From the NCBI RefSeq assembly GCF_009914755.1, contig NC_060926.1: a stretch of DNA of 64,000 nt, one strand, 5' to 3'. The stretch is from the human T2T-CHM13v2.0 reference genome, Homo sapiens. This document shows, in pieces, positions 14,489 to 29,370 of the stretch. Each line of letters begins with the position of its first letter. Positions within the stretch are counted from its first letter, which is position 1. Both the position numbers and the translations under genes were made by a program. The notes under the pieces are model-generated. The model was not told where the DNA came from, did no database searches, and saw nothing but the letters and a program-made list of their open reading frames with translations.

Positions 14489-15317
14489 TCACCTGCAGGA
14501 TGATCCTACCTGACTGAGGCCCACTCAGTCCCTCCAAGCAAGGATATATGGCAGGGAGGCTGCCTCACATGATCATCATAGAAATGAACTCTCCTTCCTC
14601 TCTCTCTATCTATCCACCATGCAAATGCTATGGTATTTAAGGAAATGCTAACAGGTCCATGCCAGCCCACCAGTCTACTCTTTAGAGTTCAGCAAGCCTC
14701 TACACCAGCCCTCACTCTCATAAGAATTCAAGACCATTCTCTTTTATGTGACATATCTCTTTGGACTTGAATTAATTGTTTATTTGTGAGTTCTTTGGGA
14801 CAGAGAGTGTATGAACCAACCTTACATATTATACACTCAATATTAGGGGAGGAGTTTTTGAACATGTCTGCCAGTCTCTGGAACTGTGCTTTTTACATAG
14901 ATTATCTCATTTACTCTTCACAAAACTTTTATCAACCATAATTACTGTACACATTTTCAGGCTGAAAAAAAAAATGAGTGCAGAGAGATTAAGCAAGGTA
15001 CTCAAGACCACAATGCTAAAAATATCTCTGACCACACCAAACAGAGCTCTACCTATATCTGTAAAACTATTAATACAATGTTACTGTCATTCCACTGTAT
15101 TAGTTTCCTGCTTGCATGAATGGTTGACTCCAAAGAGTCTTATGTATCAGTCAACAGAGACATCAGCTCCATCATGCCTTAAATAGGCTTTTAAGGACTT
15201 GTTCACAATAGTAATGATAAAATTAGATTAATAACCACACCTTACCATTTAAAAAAACTTTTAAAGTAATTTAAAAAACCAAGACAGCAGTAAGAATTAA
15301 GACAAAAACAGCAATTA

Positions 15318-15646
<329 letters not shown>

Positions 15647-15871
15647 CTAGACTTGATTACTAAACCGAAAGATGATACTTGGAAAAGACCAATAAAGCAG
15701 ACAAATCACAGGCTGGTCTGATTTTTCAAAAGAGGAAATACACAAGTAAAACCAGAATTTTCTTTAAAATTATAAGGGGACATAATGGCTAATCCTTATC
15801 AAGAAAACATTATAGATTTATACTAATAAATTTGGATCTTTAACCCAGGTGGATAACTTCATAGAAATATT

Positions 15872-16085
15872 AATTCATTCAATGAATATTTACTGAGGAG
15901 CTCCTATAGACCAAGCACTGGGGCTATCAATGTCAAAACAGATGAAGTCCCCCCAACTGTGGAGTTTTCCTTTGGGAGGTAGGGCTGGGAACAGAAATTT
16001 AAAAATACATAGCATGTCATATGGTGATAAGTGCTATGAAGGAAGATGAAGGTGATTAAGTGGGAGCAACAGAGCAGGGGTATCT
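15872..16085 (-). mobile_element. L2 3' fragment
   Basis: 'attcattcaatgaatatttactgaggagctcctatagaccaagcactggggcta' and 'ggtgataagtgctatgaagg'. Confidence 0.7.
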
Positions 16086-16647
16086 CTCAATAAGGCAGTC
16101 GGGGAGGGATGGGGCCACGTGGGTCAAGCAAAAAGTAACTGGCCAGTGCTCAGCTAGTTCAAGTTCAGTGAGGAGGGGAGAAAGGGGATGGCATAATATG
16201 ATATGGACCTTAAAAATGCATTCTAAGTCAACAAAAGACCCAAACGAGGTGAAAGTACTGTACAGATCAATAACTATGGGAGAAACTGGGTTCAGATGGC
16301 TTTAAAGGTGGATTTCACCAAGGCTTTGAAGAAGTGATAAGCCCTATATAGAAAATTTCTGAATGTTTATGAGGCTTACAGAATCTAGAAAACAAATCAG
16401 ACAAGATATGCAGTAAACGGTCACTTCGCAGAATCAATAGTTCTGGAAACTGCAACTTCAAGTGAAATGATGTATAACGAAACTAATTTTACCAGCTGGG
16501 GATATATTTTTCTTCTGGTCAATGAAATGATGCTGAATGAAAGGACATCATTGAAGACCTGGTATACACAGGGTTCTTCCCACCCCTGCCCCTTTTCTAG
16601 CATGAGCATGCACCCACACACGCACACATACACACTTATTTCATGGA

Positions 16648-16946
16648 CCAAAGGTCCCCAAACCTCAGTCATTCAGGTACCACCTTTTCAATTTCTGACA
16701 TACTTAGATACCACTGTAGTACACAGAAATATTATTTAATTAATATTTATTTAAATTTTTGGCTACAAAGTAGCCAAAAATGTATTACTATCATAAATAG
16801 AAAACCAGTACCCCTTGTCAAAATTAATTAAAACAACTGCATAACTATTACAATTTTTAAAATATTTTTCCACATACTACCTGAGAGTAGTTCACATTCT
16901 GCCAATACTTGGTACTGGCACATGGACCACATTTGGAAAAACACTG
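16648..16946. mobile_element. hAT-Charlie non-autonomous DNA transposon fossil
   Basis: Terminal motifs 'caaaggtccccaaacctcagtc' and 'catggaccacatttggaaaaacactg'. Confidence 0.6.
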
Positions 16947-17171
16947 CTACAGGCCAAGCTGACTTATGACCCCCAGGTATACAAAATTTTAAATACAGTA
17001 TTAGAAAAATCTATACAGAAAGGATTTTAAAGAACAATGCATATATAAAATTACCAAGCAGGTTTTATTCCAAAAATAAATGTAATATTGGAATGGCTAT
17101 TAGAATTTTTATTCCAGAAATAAATGGAATATTGGCATAAAAGAATGGCTCAACATTGGAAAATCTATTTA

Positions 17172-17335
17172 TATGTGTGCATATTACACACACACTAACA
17201 TGTGTATATTACACACGTTAGTGTGTATATTATACACACACTATGTGTATATTACACACACTAATACGTGTATATTACACACACACTAATATGTGTATAT
17301 TACACACACACTAATATGTGTATATTACACACATA
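17172..17335. repeat. Minisatellite, ~22-26 bp unit (tgtgtatattacacacacactaata)
   Basis: About 7 degenerate tandem copies visible. Confidence 0.9.
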
Positions 17336-17486
17336 TAAATAGAAACACATGTAGCTAGACTACGGAGCATATTCAAAACCATTCATTACCTTTTTTGAGG
17401 TAAGTAATACCCAACATATACAGAGAAAAACAGGCTGTGGAGTGTTACATAACATGACCAAAGTCTTAGAACTCATATGTTTAGAG

Positions 17487-17704
17487 CAGTGGTTCTCAGC
17501 TGGGAATTATTTTGTGCCCAGGGGAAATTTAGCAATGTCTAGAGATATTTCTGATGGTCATGACTGGGGTCGCTGCTACTAGCATACAGTAGTTAGAGGC
17601 CAGGGGTGCTGCTAAACATCCTACAGTGAACACACAGGAAAGCTCCCCACAACAAATAATTATCCAGTTCAAAATGTCAATAGTGATGAAGTTGAGAAAC
17701 CCTG
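17487..17704 (+). mobile_element. MER20 (hAT-Charlie), nested in a MIR
   Basis: 'cagtggttctcagctggg...gcaatgtctagagatattt...gaggccaggggtgctgctaaacatcctaca...aaaatgtcaatagtg...gttgagaaaccctg'. Confidence 0.92.
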
Positions 17705-18972
17705 ACTTAAAGGAAATGCAACATCTAACTCCAAATCTGATTCCAAGACTCTTCTCATTATACCCACTGCAACCCTATCACTGAGTTAAAACATTATTTC
17801 CATGGAAAAATGCACTGTGAATTCCAAATAACCAACTCTAAAATTTACCTAAACATTACACCTAACAAAACAGTCATGATTGGGAGAGAGAATGCTCTAC
17901 GGGTGTGTTCCTCCCCCAGTGGAATGACTTTTCCAGCAGTAAGGAAAGTTCAGGGATTCCTTCTACCACCTATCAATGGTCAGATGGTTTAAGAGCAGTC
18001 CACCAAAGCATTTGTGCAGCTAATTTTTTCTCCTGTGACATTAACACTCCTCTTCAACCCCAATATGCTCTGGAAGCAGGGGTCCATTGTTTCAAACTGT
18101 TCTGGAAATTTTTATAATAGGCTAGTGTGTTTTAAATATTGTTTTCTTATGCCATTTATACAACTTATGTATGGTAGGGGGATTGGATTACTTGAAACAA
18201 GTATTTTTATCCCTCTGCAACTGTCTTTAAAAGAGTACTGCTTTCTGAAAAACAAAAGTTAGGAGACATAAATACACTACTTTTCTTCAGCTAACACTCT
18301 TGACCTACTTTTTCTAACCTGTTTTTGACTTCTTTACTACAACTGCAGAAGGGAGAAAAGAACAGTTAATAAACCATCTGTGTCAAATATAGAAACCTGA
18401 ATCCATCAATCTCTGGGTATGCTCAAGACAAACAGGCTGAGTATTTCCATCTTTCCCTGTGGTGCAGCTAAAATACAAATTGGAAAACAAAACCATTAAA
18501 CATTTTCTTCAAGATCACCATTTAAGAGCTGGTCAAAGAAAGCTACTGGATGCTCGCTGAAGCTGATGAGCAGGAAATGTTTGACTTTCAAAGTTCACGG
18601 ATTATAAAAAGCTTCAGTGTGTGCAGAGAGTTGTGTGTAGGATGAGTAGGTGGGGGTATAATAAGAAAGAACAGTATTTTGGTTCTTTAGCGGATTTAAT
18701 TCCTTCATCCCAGCCTCCCACTAATATCTGTGAAGTATGCAAATCACTCCCATTGGGGCTCCCCAACCTTCCTCCACTCTCTCTTTTTCCTCCATCACTT
18801 CATCCCCTAAAGGCATCTTAGCAGGGGATGAGCACCCCCATTCCTTTCTTTCATTCCTCCTCCATTGTCCCCATCCCTGAAGAAAACTTCATTCTTTCCT
18901 TTCAGAGTCTCTTTTGTGAATATTTTCATCCTAAGCTTTAAAATAACCACACTTATTACTCTGTAAAAATGC

Positions 18973-19141
18973 ATCCTGGCTAACATGGTGAAACCCTGTC
19001 TCTACTAAAAATACAAAAAATTAGCCAGGCGTGGTGGTGGGCGCCTGTAGTCCCAGCTACTCAGGAGGCTGAGGCAGGAGAATGGCATGAACCAGGGAAG
19101 CAGAGCTTTCAGTGAGCTGAGATTGCACCACTGCACTCCAG
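18973..19141 (+). mobile_element. AluY fragment truncated at both ends
   Basis: AluY-type 'ctggctaacatgg', 'acaaaaaattag', 'gagaatggcatgaacc'; stops at 'gcactccag' without a tail. Confidence 0.85.
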
Positions 19142-19224
19142 ACAAAAGTAAGTATTAAATGTTTAATTAAGCTTTCAGCTCAAATGCAGGAAAATAAATA
19201 GGTTTAATAGGATTGTGGGTTTTT

Positions 19225-19757
19225 TTTTAACATTTGCCAGTTTACTACAAAAGATATTTTAAAGGCTACAAATGAATAAACAGCCAGATGAAGAGATACA
19301 TAGGGTGAGTTGTGGAAGGGGTCCCAAGTGCTGACACTTCTGTACCTGTGGAATGGGAGTGTGCCACCCTCCTGGCTCATGGATGAGTTCTTTCACCTTC
19401 CTGTAAGCCTCCATGTGTTCAGCTATCTGGAAGCTCACCAAACCCAGTCTTTATGAGTTTTTAAAGAAGCTTCATTATGTAAGAATGGTTGATTAAATTA
19501 TTGGCCACTGGTGATCAACTTAACCTTCAGCCCCTTTCCTTTCCCTGGAAGTCAAGGAGTAGGGCTGGGAGTCCCAATCTTCTAATAGTGCCTTTGTTTT
19601 TCTGGTGACCAGTGGCTATCCTGAAGCTACTAGGGGCTTCCAGGTATCAATCAATCATTAGCATACAAAAAGGCATCACTTTGGGGATCCCAAGGATTTT
19701 AAACATTGTATGTCAGGAAACAAGGACAAAGACCAAATATGAAACTCACAGTATCAC
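19225..19757 (-). mobile_element. MER21-type LTR (3' LTR, partial)
   Basis: Reverse complement begins 'tgtgatactgtgag...tttggtctttgtccttgtttcctgacataca'; '+' text 'cagccagatgaagagatacataggg' is typical of MER21. Confidence 0.8.
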
Positions 19758-20660
19758 AGTCCACTCCTAGTCTTTGAACCTGGATCCCTTAAATAAAAAG
19801 GACATACAACTCAAAAGATAGTACCACATTGCCAGAATCCCATTCTATCATTAGCAATTAGTCCAGTCCATCATATTGTAAAAATGACTTCCAGGGTGAG
19901 GCCACTCAAGTTTGTAGGCTTCCATTCAATCCTGCCAGGTTCCAAAAGCAGGAGTGGTCTTGGCAAACACATAGCTTCACTCCTTCAGGCATAAGTGAGC
20001 TAAAAGACAATACAATCGCTTGCTCTGAGACTCTTTTAAGATATTAATGTAATACTGTGCTCCACTCAACTCATAATCTATTTATTCATTTCTTAAGCCT
20101 TGACTACTATTCCTCCTTCTCTCCATTAATAGCCAAACTTTACCACTTTTGGAAGAAACATGAGACTCCACCATTGTACTGCTAGTCTAGATTACAGGCA
20201 GCAATCCCAGCCTAGCAAGTGCCTCCCCCATCCACTCCCATTCAGATGGGATAAGGTTACATAGCCATCTTTACCACCAGGCAATATGGTTGCATTCACT
20301 CTCAATCCCAATTTGGCTAGATGGGATGAAGCCACAACCCGCCACCATCAGGCCCTTAGGAATTCTGTACTTGTAGTTGCAGACCAGTCCTAGAACTACT
20401 ACATCAGGCAGGGGAAAGGAAAAATAAATTGAGGTGATGTGGGGAAGAAAGAAAAAGTATAATCATTAAACCAGCATTACTCCTCCCTTGGCAAGAATTT
20501 CATAGTCTTACCAGCATCCTCCTCCACCCACTCTCGCCCAGATCAACCAGAGAAACAGGAAAATCTAGTGGGGATGCTCCTTTAGTCCCACTCATGCTGA
20601 ATGTGAGCACACACTCAGGAAGACTTACAGGCCTTCATGCTTTTATCTCCAGGTTGTGGG
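19758..20660 (-). mobile_element. ERV internal sequence adjoining the MER21 LTR
   Basis: PPT-like 'aggagtggac' directly precedes the LTR TG on the minus strand; contiguous non-LTR sequence; far boundary approximate. Confidence 0.55.
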
Positions 20661-21065
20661 GTTTTCTTTTAGAAGATTCCTTTAATTGTTATAATTCCTT
20701 TTTTTTTTAAGTCTTCCATCCCTCAATACTAAAGACACTGATTTTTTTAAGGTAGGGTTTTAATTGTTATTTTCCACAAATATGGGAATTGTTATTTTTT
20801 TTTACTTAGCTATCTTTTTATAATGGTGTGATCAAAAGCCCAGAAGAGCTTATAGAGAAGTAGTTCTAATTATTGTGTAGCACTGTGGTTTTAATTAGTA
20901 GTATGAAGCTAATTTAATGGTGACTTATTTTTCCCCTCAGGATTATAACCACAAGCAATTAGTAGTGAGGACTATGAGGACTACTCCCCCATTCTCTTGA
21001 AAAATCTCTAAAAATGGGAATTTTTGTTTGTTTGGGGTTTTTTTCTTGTTTGTTTGGGTTTGCTG

Positions 21066-21283
21066 TTGTTTGTTTGTTTTGAGACAGGGTCTCACTCTGT
21101 CGCCCAGGCTGGAGCGCAGTGGTGTGATCTTGGCTCACAGCAACCTCTGCCTCCCAAGTTCAGGTGATCCATGCACCTCTGCCTCCCAAGTAGCTGGGAT
21201 TACAAGTGTGCACCAGCACACCCAGCTAATTTTTGTATTTTTAGCAAAGAGAGGGTTTCACCATGTGGGCCAGGCCAGGCTGG
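21066..21283 (-). mobile_element. Alu, 5'-truncated, (TTTG)n tail
   Basis: Antisense right arm and linker; ends abruptly at 'ggccaggctggt'. Confidence 0.9.
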
Positions 21284-21559
21284 TAAAAGTTAAACTTTGT
21301 AACCTGACTGATAATCATATAGGTACAATAAATATTTTGGGAATTATAAAATATTAAATTCCTAAATGTGAAATCACAACCTCAAAAAATATAATTAAAT
21401 GATGTTATCAAAACACCAATCAATATTTCCATTCATTTTCTAGAATCGTTAAGGTAGAAATGGACTTTAAATGAAGATTGAATGCTGTATTGTGTACTGC
21501 AGAGGTACAAATTAATTCCACAACCTACCCTCAAGCCTACTTCACTGATAACTTCATTT

Positions 21560-21775
21560 TAGTCATCCGACAAATATGTGAGCACCTATTTATTGTATGC
21601 CAGATACAAGAGCAGTGGTTGCAAATTCACTGGTGAAGAAAGCAGAGATGGATCTTCACAGATCTTACAGTCTGGTATTAAATAAATAAGCACATAAATA
21701 TATCATTACAAATTATGACAGATGTTATTAAAGAAACAAAAAGTGCTATGAGGAAATATTCCTGAACAAGGAAGA
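21560..21775 (-). mobile_element. L2 fragment
   Basis: 'caaatatgtgagcacctatttattgtatgccag...cttacagtctgg...aagtgctatgagga'. Confidence 0.6.
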
Positions 21776-22127
21776 CAGAAAAGGCAAACCCAGGGGCATT
21801 GCAAGGTTAGTATTGCATGAGAAAAGTGTGTGATCCAAAGGGCAGAGTCTTAAGGGGCAGGCAAACAATCAAGGTTGATATAACAAGGAGGTTTCTAGAG
21901 AGACCAGAAGGGGAGTAAGGGCACAGGAGGATGGGAGAAGTGGTAAAGAAAAAAAGTAGCTATTCAGAGCAGGCCCTGTGATTCAGGAACTTGGCACCCT
22001 TGCTAACAGGATTTATGATGTTACTAATGAAGCAAACTGATGGATTGTTTTAGATGGTGTCCCTCACTGAGGTCTGCTCACTGCATGTTCTGTGGAGCAG
22101 GAATGATTTTAACACACTACTCTATGC

Positions 22128-22425
22128 CAGAGGTCACAAATTTCATTGCCCACAAGGCCGAGCAGGTGAAGAAAATGAATGAAGACATATGTATGCACAC
22201 TCTGTGTGAAAGACCTGTGGAGACCTGGAAAACAGGCAGGATGTAACTTTCATTCCATTCACAATGACGGGCCACGTGAGAATGCAGGACCCACGGGGCC
22301 AAACATAAGAGATTTTCAAAAGAGAAGCTAGACATCTGAAAATATTTTCATGTGAAACATTTCAGTTTTTAAAGACTATACGGGGCAAATAAAGCAAATT
22401 TGTGACCCACCACTTTGCAACCTTC
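22128..22425 (+). mobile_element. MER102-like hAT DNA transposon
   Basis: 'cagaggtcacaaatttcattgcccacaaggccgagcagg...gattttcaaaagagaagctagacatctg...tttgcaacct'. Confidence 0.7.
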
Positions 22426-22488
22426 CTTTAATATTTTATGTCAGTTATCTAGGTACAGAAGATGTCACTTTTTTAACCCTTCAACTGA

Positions 22489-23087
<599 letters not shown>

Positions 23088-23359
23088 TGATTTTACTTTT
23101 TAATATACTATTAGCACAAGACTTCAGACCAAGAAAACAAAAAACTATAGGATAATCCATTCCACTATTCTTGTCCTTTATTACTTAAGCCTAAGAAATC
23201 ATACTCATTTAAGGAATGGATTACAGTGAAGATGTAATAGTATATTTTATAATATTCTAAATTTTTGTAAGTAAATGTTGCTGTCTTTAAACATAAATCT
23301 ACCACAATGAAGGTGGTAGTAATTTCATCTTTCACAAGAATCCATATAAAAAGTATTCA

Positions 23360-23612
23360 CACTTTGGGAGGCTAAGGCAGGTGGATCACTTGATCCCAGG
23401 AGTGAGACCAGCCTGGGCCACATGGCGAAATGTCATCTCTACAAAAAATAGAAAAATTAGCTGGGCACGTTGGCACATGCCTGTATTCCCAGCTACTCAG
23501 GAGGCTGAGGTAGGAGGATCACCCGAGCCCAGGGAGGTCGAGACTGCAGTAAGCCATGATCACAACACTGAACTTCAGCCTGCGTGACAGAGTGAGACCC
23601 TGTCTCAAAAAG
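23360..23612 (+). mobile_element. AluJ, 5'-truncated
   Basis: Begins at 'cactttgggagg'; TSD aaaaagtattca on both sides. Confidence 0.9.
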
Positions 23613-23994
23613 AAAAAGTATTCAATAAGCATTTAATACCTGTTCAGCATAATGCTCAACCCCTATTCTCAAAGGGCTTACATTCTTGTTGGTGAGAAAA
23701 AAATCTCATCAACAACTAGAAGACAATATAAAAACAGTATATAATGAAATATTTAACTGTGCAGAACAAATAAAGATAGTAAGAAGCCACAAAAGTAAGA
23801 TTCCAATAGTCCTGGTATATAAGTCACATGTGAAGAGACAGAGCGGATAAAAGGGATCATCCACACCAGTGGTGCTCAAAGAGGGGTCCATGGACCAATG
23901 CCAGTTGGCAAACAGTTTGCTACTGGTCCATGAAGTAAGTACAGAAATAGAGGGTAAGTGGTTAGAAACCTTTCTAGCATTTGGGCACTGCCTT

Positions 23995-25545
23995 TGATGG
24001 TAGCAGCAGCCCATCTGGTGCAGCCACTGCCATGACGCTGGTGGCAGTGGGGGAGGCGCTGCTGGGGCTGCCCACTCCAGAGCCAGTGGGAGCCAGCAAC
24101 AGGCTGGAGACCCACCCACTTTGGAGTTGGAGGGGCAGGAGCCTCGCCCTCCCAGGTACAGCAGCAGCCACCCCATCAAGGGCTGCAGACCCAGGCTTCC
24201 CTGCACTCTCAGGGGCCCAGGAAGCTCCCCAACCCCATAGTCTCAGAAGTACCTGTTCCAACTGCCCGGCCTCTCCCTGCTTCTAGTGCCCACTCCAATT
24301 TCAGAGCAAAGTTGTGGCCGAGTCTGAGCACTGTCACAACCCAGCCAGGTGTGCAAGCACTTCGGAGGGCGCTGACACACCTGTCCCCTGCCGCCTCTGT
24401 ATAGTCTGTAAAGTTCCCTTCAGACTTTGGGCACCAACCAGCACAGGAGGAGACCACAGTGGGGCTGAGGGCGGCTCGGCACAGGCCTGTAGGCGCTCCT
24501 CAGCAGAAAAGCCTGGGAGCCATGAACAGCAGCAGGAGGCAGAAGGGCTCCTGGGTGGAAAGGGGTGGGTCCCTGATGAAGTCCCACCTTCAAGCCAAGG
24601 ACAGTCTGAAGCCTGGAAGCCAGGCTGTCAGTTCCATAAACTGGAGTGAGAACTTATGGTGCTTTTTCCCGGCACGCCCATGGCTACCCATGGACCAATC
24701 GGCATGCACTCCCTCCCCTCTGAGGTCCATAAAAAATCTGAGACTCACCCAGACTTGGGCAGATGATGGAACAACCCCCCTGAGGACAGGAGCTACCGAC
24801 TCTGGGTCTCCTCTCCAAGGAGAGCTGGACCCTCATTGGGACGACCTGCTTGCGGAAAGGAGCTACCCACTCTGAGTCTCCTGAGAGCAGTTCTGCCACT
24901 CAGTGAAGCTCCTCTCTGCCTTGCTCACCCTCCAGTTGTCCGCACACCTCATTCTTCCTGGATGCAGGACAAGAACTTGGGACCAGCCAAATGGTGGGAC
25001 TAAAAGCGCTGTAACACAAACAGGGCTGAAACATACACCCCTGCTTACCACATTACAGGTCCAGAAGGAGAGAAGCGGCCCTTTAGGGAGCCCAGACCTA
25101 GGGACTCCCCAAGCCAGGGCTGTGACACCCTCTTTGGGGCTCTGCAGTTCCTGGCCTCTCCAAGCCTCCAGGGACCACTGCATTCCCTTTGTCCAGACGC
25201 AGGTGCCTGCAGCAGAAGCCATGTGCAGTACATCTGGCCCAGCCACAGCCTCGCACAGAGCCGGCACCTGTGCTGGCGCCTGGAGCTGCCCACCCTGCCA
25301 CAGAAGCTGGCGTGCCTGGCTGTGCACAGTGGCCGGATCCCATGCTCACTTGCCCACACACTTCTCGCTGCTCTGCACCCGGCTTGGCAGGTGTGAGACC
25401 CAGGCTGTTAGTACAAGCCAAGTGCAGGCTGCTGGGCCAAGTGGGCAGAATAAGCCCAGCAGGCGCAAACAAAACTCAGGCAGAAGGTGCTGCCGGCAAC
25501 AGAGGTTTCCAGCTGGCAAAGCAACACCCTAACGATCTCATGACA
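23995..25545 (+). mobile_element. MER52A solo LTR (ERV1), ~1.55 kb, GC-rich
   Basis: Starts 'tgatggtagcagcagcccatctggtgcagccactgccatgacg', ends 'gaggtttccagctggcaaag...catgaca'; 4-bp TSD cctt/ccct. Confidence 0.88.
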
Positions 25546-25938
25546 CCCTGACATCTAAACTCATGTTCCATGGATTTGGCTTGGCGAGCACATCACTGAC
25601 CAGTTAGAACACATGTGGCACAGGCTGCATGCCAGTAATGTGCAGCAGGACCATGTAACAACATGCAACCCTTTCCAACTATAACCCAAAAGGGTATCAA
25701 ACCCAGAAATCATTTATTTCTCCAACAGGCAAATTCTTTACTACAATATTGTTGAAATTGTTTACTGAGAATGAATGAAAGATTAATTCTGAAAATAATA
25801 CCTTTACTTTGGATAAAAGTGGAAAGTTAATATCCTGTGGTTGCTGACATTACTTTAAAAATCTCTTCTTCCACTCCTGTTAAGATCCCTTCCACAAAAC
25901 TGGTTTTGCTACTATGAGTGTTATTAAAACAAAACCTA

Positions 25939-26303
<365 letters not shown>

Positions 26304-28470
26304 TTATCATCACTCCAACATGGTTTAGGAAGCAAGCTCATTTGTAGCATGAAAAACTTTAAATACTAATACAGACAGTCTATGTTCAAAGCATATAAAC
26401 AAACAGGGAATCACTATTTCTCTTAAAGCCATTTGTTTAGCTATAATTGCAGTCTACCAAGTTACAAATGTAATACTAATTCTTTATATTAACTGCCTAC
26501 ACACACACTTTCAAGGAACATGTGTACTGTTTTTGTAATTATAATTTTTGTAATTTTTTCCTTAAGCTATGTTTATTCGTATTATATAATGAAATTTAAT
26601 TGTGTCTGTTGAATCAAATAATAAAAAGTCTGGGTTTATATTTTGTATGTCTGGCTCTTATTTTGTTTTTCTAGTAATTCACAGTATCAGTCCACAAGGT
26701 ATCGGGAATTAAAATTTAATAAAAGAAACATTAGTCCCTTACTGAAAAATATTGATCTACCCCAAACTGCTAGAAACCAGCCAGTTATGCAATCATAGTT
26801 TTCCCTAGGGCCATATTTTCCCAAATTCAGGATGTGTTGCTTGGTAACAGACTAGGCATTAAATTACATTGAATCAGACAGTAGGAAAGTCATTGCGAGA
26901 TGAGCTGTTCAGAAGAGGTCTGGGTCTTTGAGTAAGCATCAGTTAAGCTAGGTACAGGCTATATATCCCATTCCTCACAAGCTTGCTACCAGGCAAAATA
27001 TCCCATTCCTCGCAAGCTGTTACAAAGATATCAAGTCACGGATTACATTCAACCAAAGGTACATACATTATCCAGCAGGCACCAAATCTGTTTTATAGGT
27101 CTAGAAAGTCCCAATTTCTTCCTGCCATTATCTAACTTGACAGACTTCCTCCCAGAGAGACACCAAGGTGTCCTGATGGCGGGACAAGCCAGTGTCCTGG
27201 TGAAACTACAGTGACTCTTGGGCTTCCCACCGCTCATTCATACAAGGAGGCACTCATCTCATGCATAAAAAATTATTCCTAATATCCCTCAGGCTCATTA
27301 AATCCTCTAAGGTAGATCTCTAAGCCAGTATTTGAAGTTCTAAATATTCAATACTAAAGATGTTAATTCCTTATGAGGGTTCTTGGAATAATAACTAACC
27401 ACATTCTAAGGAGAAAATTAGAGAAGAATCATACCCTTTATACTAAATCACTTTCAAACTAAATTACCATACAATAATGCCATGGTCACAGGTTCCTAAA
27501 AATAAAATTTTAAAAAGGAAAAAGAAATTACAACACTATATAAAAATTTTATTACAATATTTCTACTGAAATAAAGTCTGTATTTAATGATAAGATGGCT
27601 TTAATAAATCTTCAATACTTGGTAATCTCCCATTTTAACAAAGAACAGACATTTAGCTTAGAGCCTTTGGCAAGTATCAGTATCCAATTAGAAGTCAGTG
27701 ACATTGTTTTGTTTTCACTGTAAAGATTGTTACAGTTACTTGGTCTTAATCATATAATAATACTACAGTTACCTTTTAAAATAAGTTTTCTTAAATAAAA
27801 AGTGAGTAAATAGAACAAAAATATCAGATAATCAATAGTACAGGTGGCACTCATATAAGGTAAAAACTTAGGAAAATTGTTCCGCTAAATCATGCTTACT
27901 TTGAACCACCCCAACTCAACCTCCCCAGAGTTTCAGGATACAGCAGCTCACCAGTGACTGGGAGGGCAGCTACTGCTAAAAAGGCTTGGGGTTCATAACT
28001 TCCCCTAATTCCACCTCAAAGCATCACCCAGGTAAAACCTCATGGGATAATCCCTTCACACTGCACCCCTTAGAGACCATGCACTTTACAATTCAAATGT
28101 CCTTTAATGTTTGTGTTAATCAAATTTTAGCAATATAAATACGAAGGGGAGAAAGAAAGCTTTTAACACACCTGGGATTAAATGAAAAAAGACAGAAATC
28201 CCCTACACTAACACAGCAATGGAATTGTAGGGATTTTTCCTCCTTTCTTCTGTTTTTCAAGTTTTGTGATGATGTTACAGGTCTCTTGTAATCCAAAAAT
28301 GTGATTAAAAAATAAAATATAATAGAAAAACAATGCAAAATCACACAAAGACATCTGAGTCTGATGTTATGAGAAATGGGATGCCTAAAACCAAATTATA
28401 AGATAAGAGCTAAGTAATGATGGCTCACTTTACAAAAGGCTTCTGTGCATCACCTTAAAGAATCCCTTTA

Positions 28471-28828
<358 letters not shown>

Positions 28829-29149
28829 CTACCGTCCCTCAATAATTTAAAAGTTGGCCTTAGCTCAGTGCCTGCTGCCCTCTTGCCCACCTGGGTCTCC
28901 TCTCTGTATCTCTGCCTCTTACAAGCAGCCTTCTCTGCCTCCTCACCAGTCTTTCTGCCAGGCCTGGCCCACAGTATCCCACGGTGTTGGCGTCTGTCTC
29001 CACTACTACATGCAGAATCTTGAGAACCTGAACATGTCATTTCTCTGCATCTCTAGTGCCATGTCCAGAGCTTAACAATTACAGTTCAATAGATGTCTAC
29101 TTCAGAACTGGAATTGTTTCAACTATTTCCCAAACAACACATTTAATAC

Positions 29150-29370
29150 TAATAATAGCTAGCATATGTGTAAGTGCTTTACATAGACCACCTCAGCTCA
29201 TGTCACCTTCAGCTCTCTGAGGAGGTATTTATCACTACCTCCATGCTATAGGTGAGGAAACAAAGTGGGAAGGGGCTAAGCAGCATGCCCAGTCTCAAAC
29301 CTTTAGAAGGTGGTAGAGTTAGGACTGAAACTCCCCATTTCACATGAAACTGACTTCCGTCTGCCACCCT
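29150..29370 (-). mobile_element. MIR
   Basis: 'aataatagctagcatatgtgtaagtgctttaca...tataggtgaggaaac...ggctaagcagcatgccca'. Confidence 0.7.

Noticed and set aside
17172-17335. CRISPR-like array
   Set aside because: Eukaryotic tandem minisatellite with no unique spacers and no cas genes.
23709-25551. Many overlapping ORFs of 70-209 aa
   Set aside because: All lie in the GC-rich MER52A LTR, where stops are rare; no recognisable domain.
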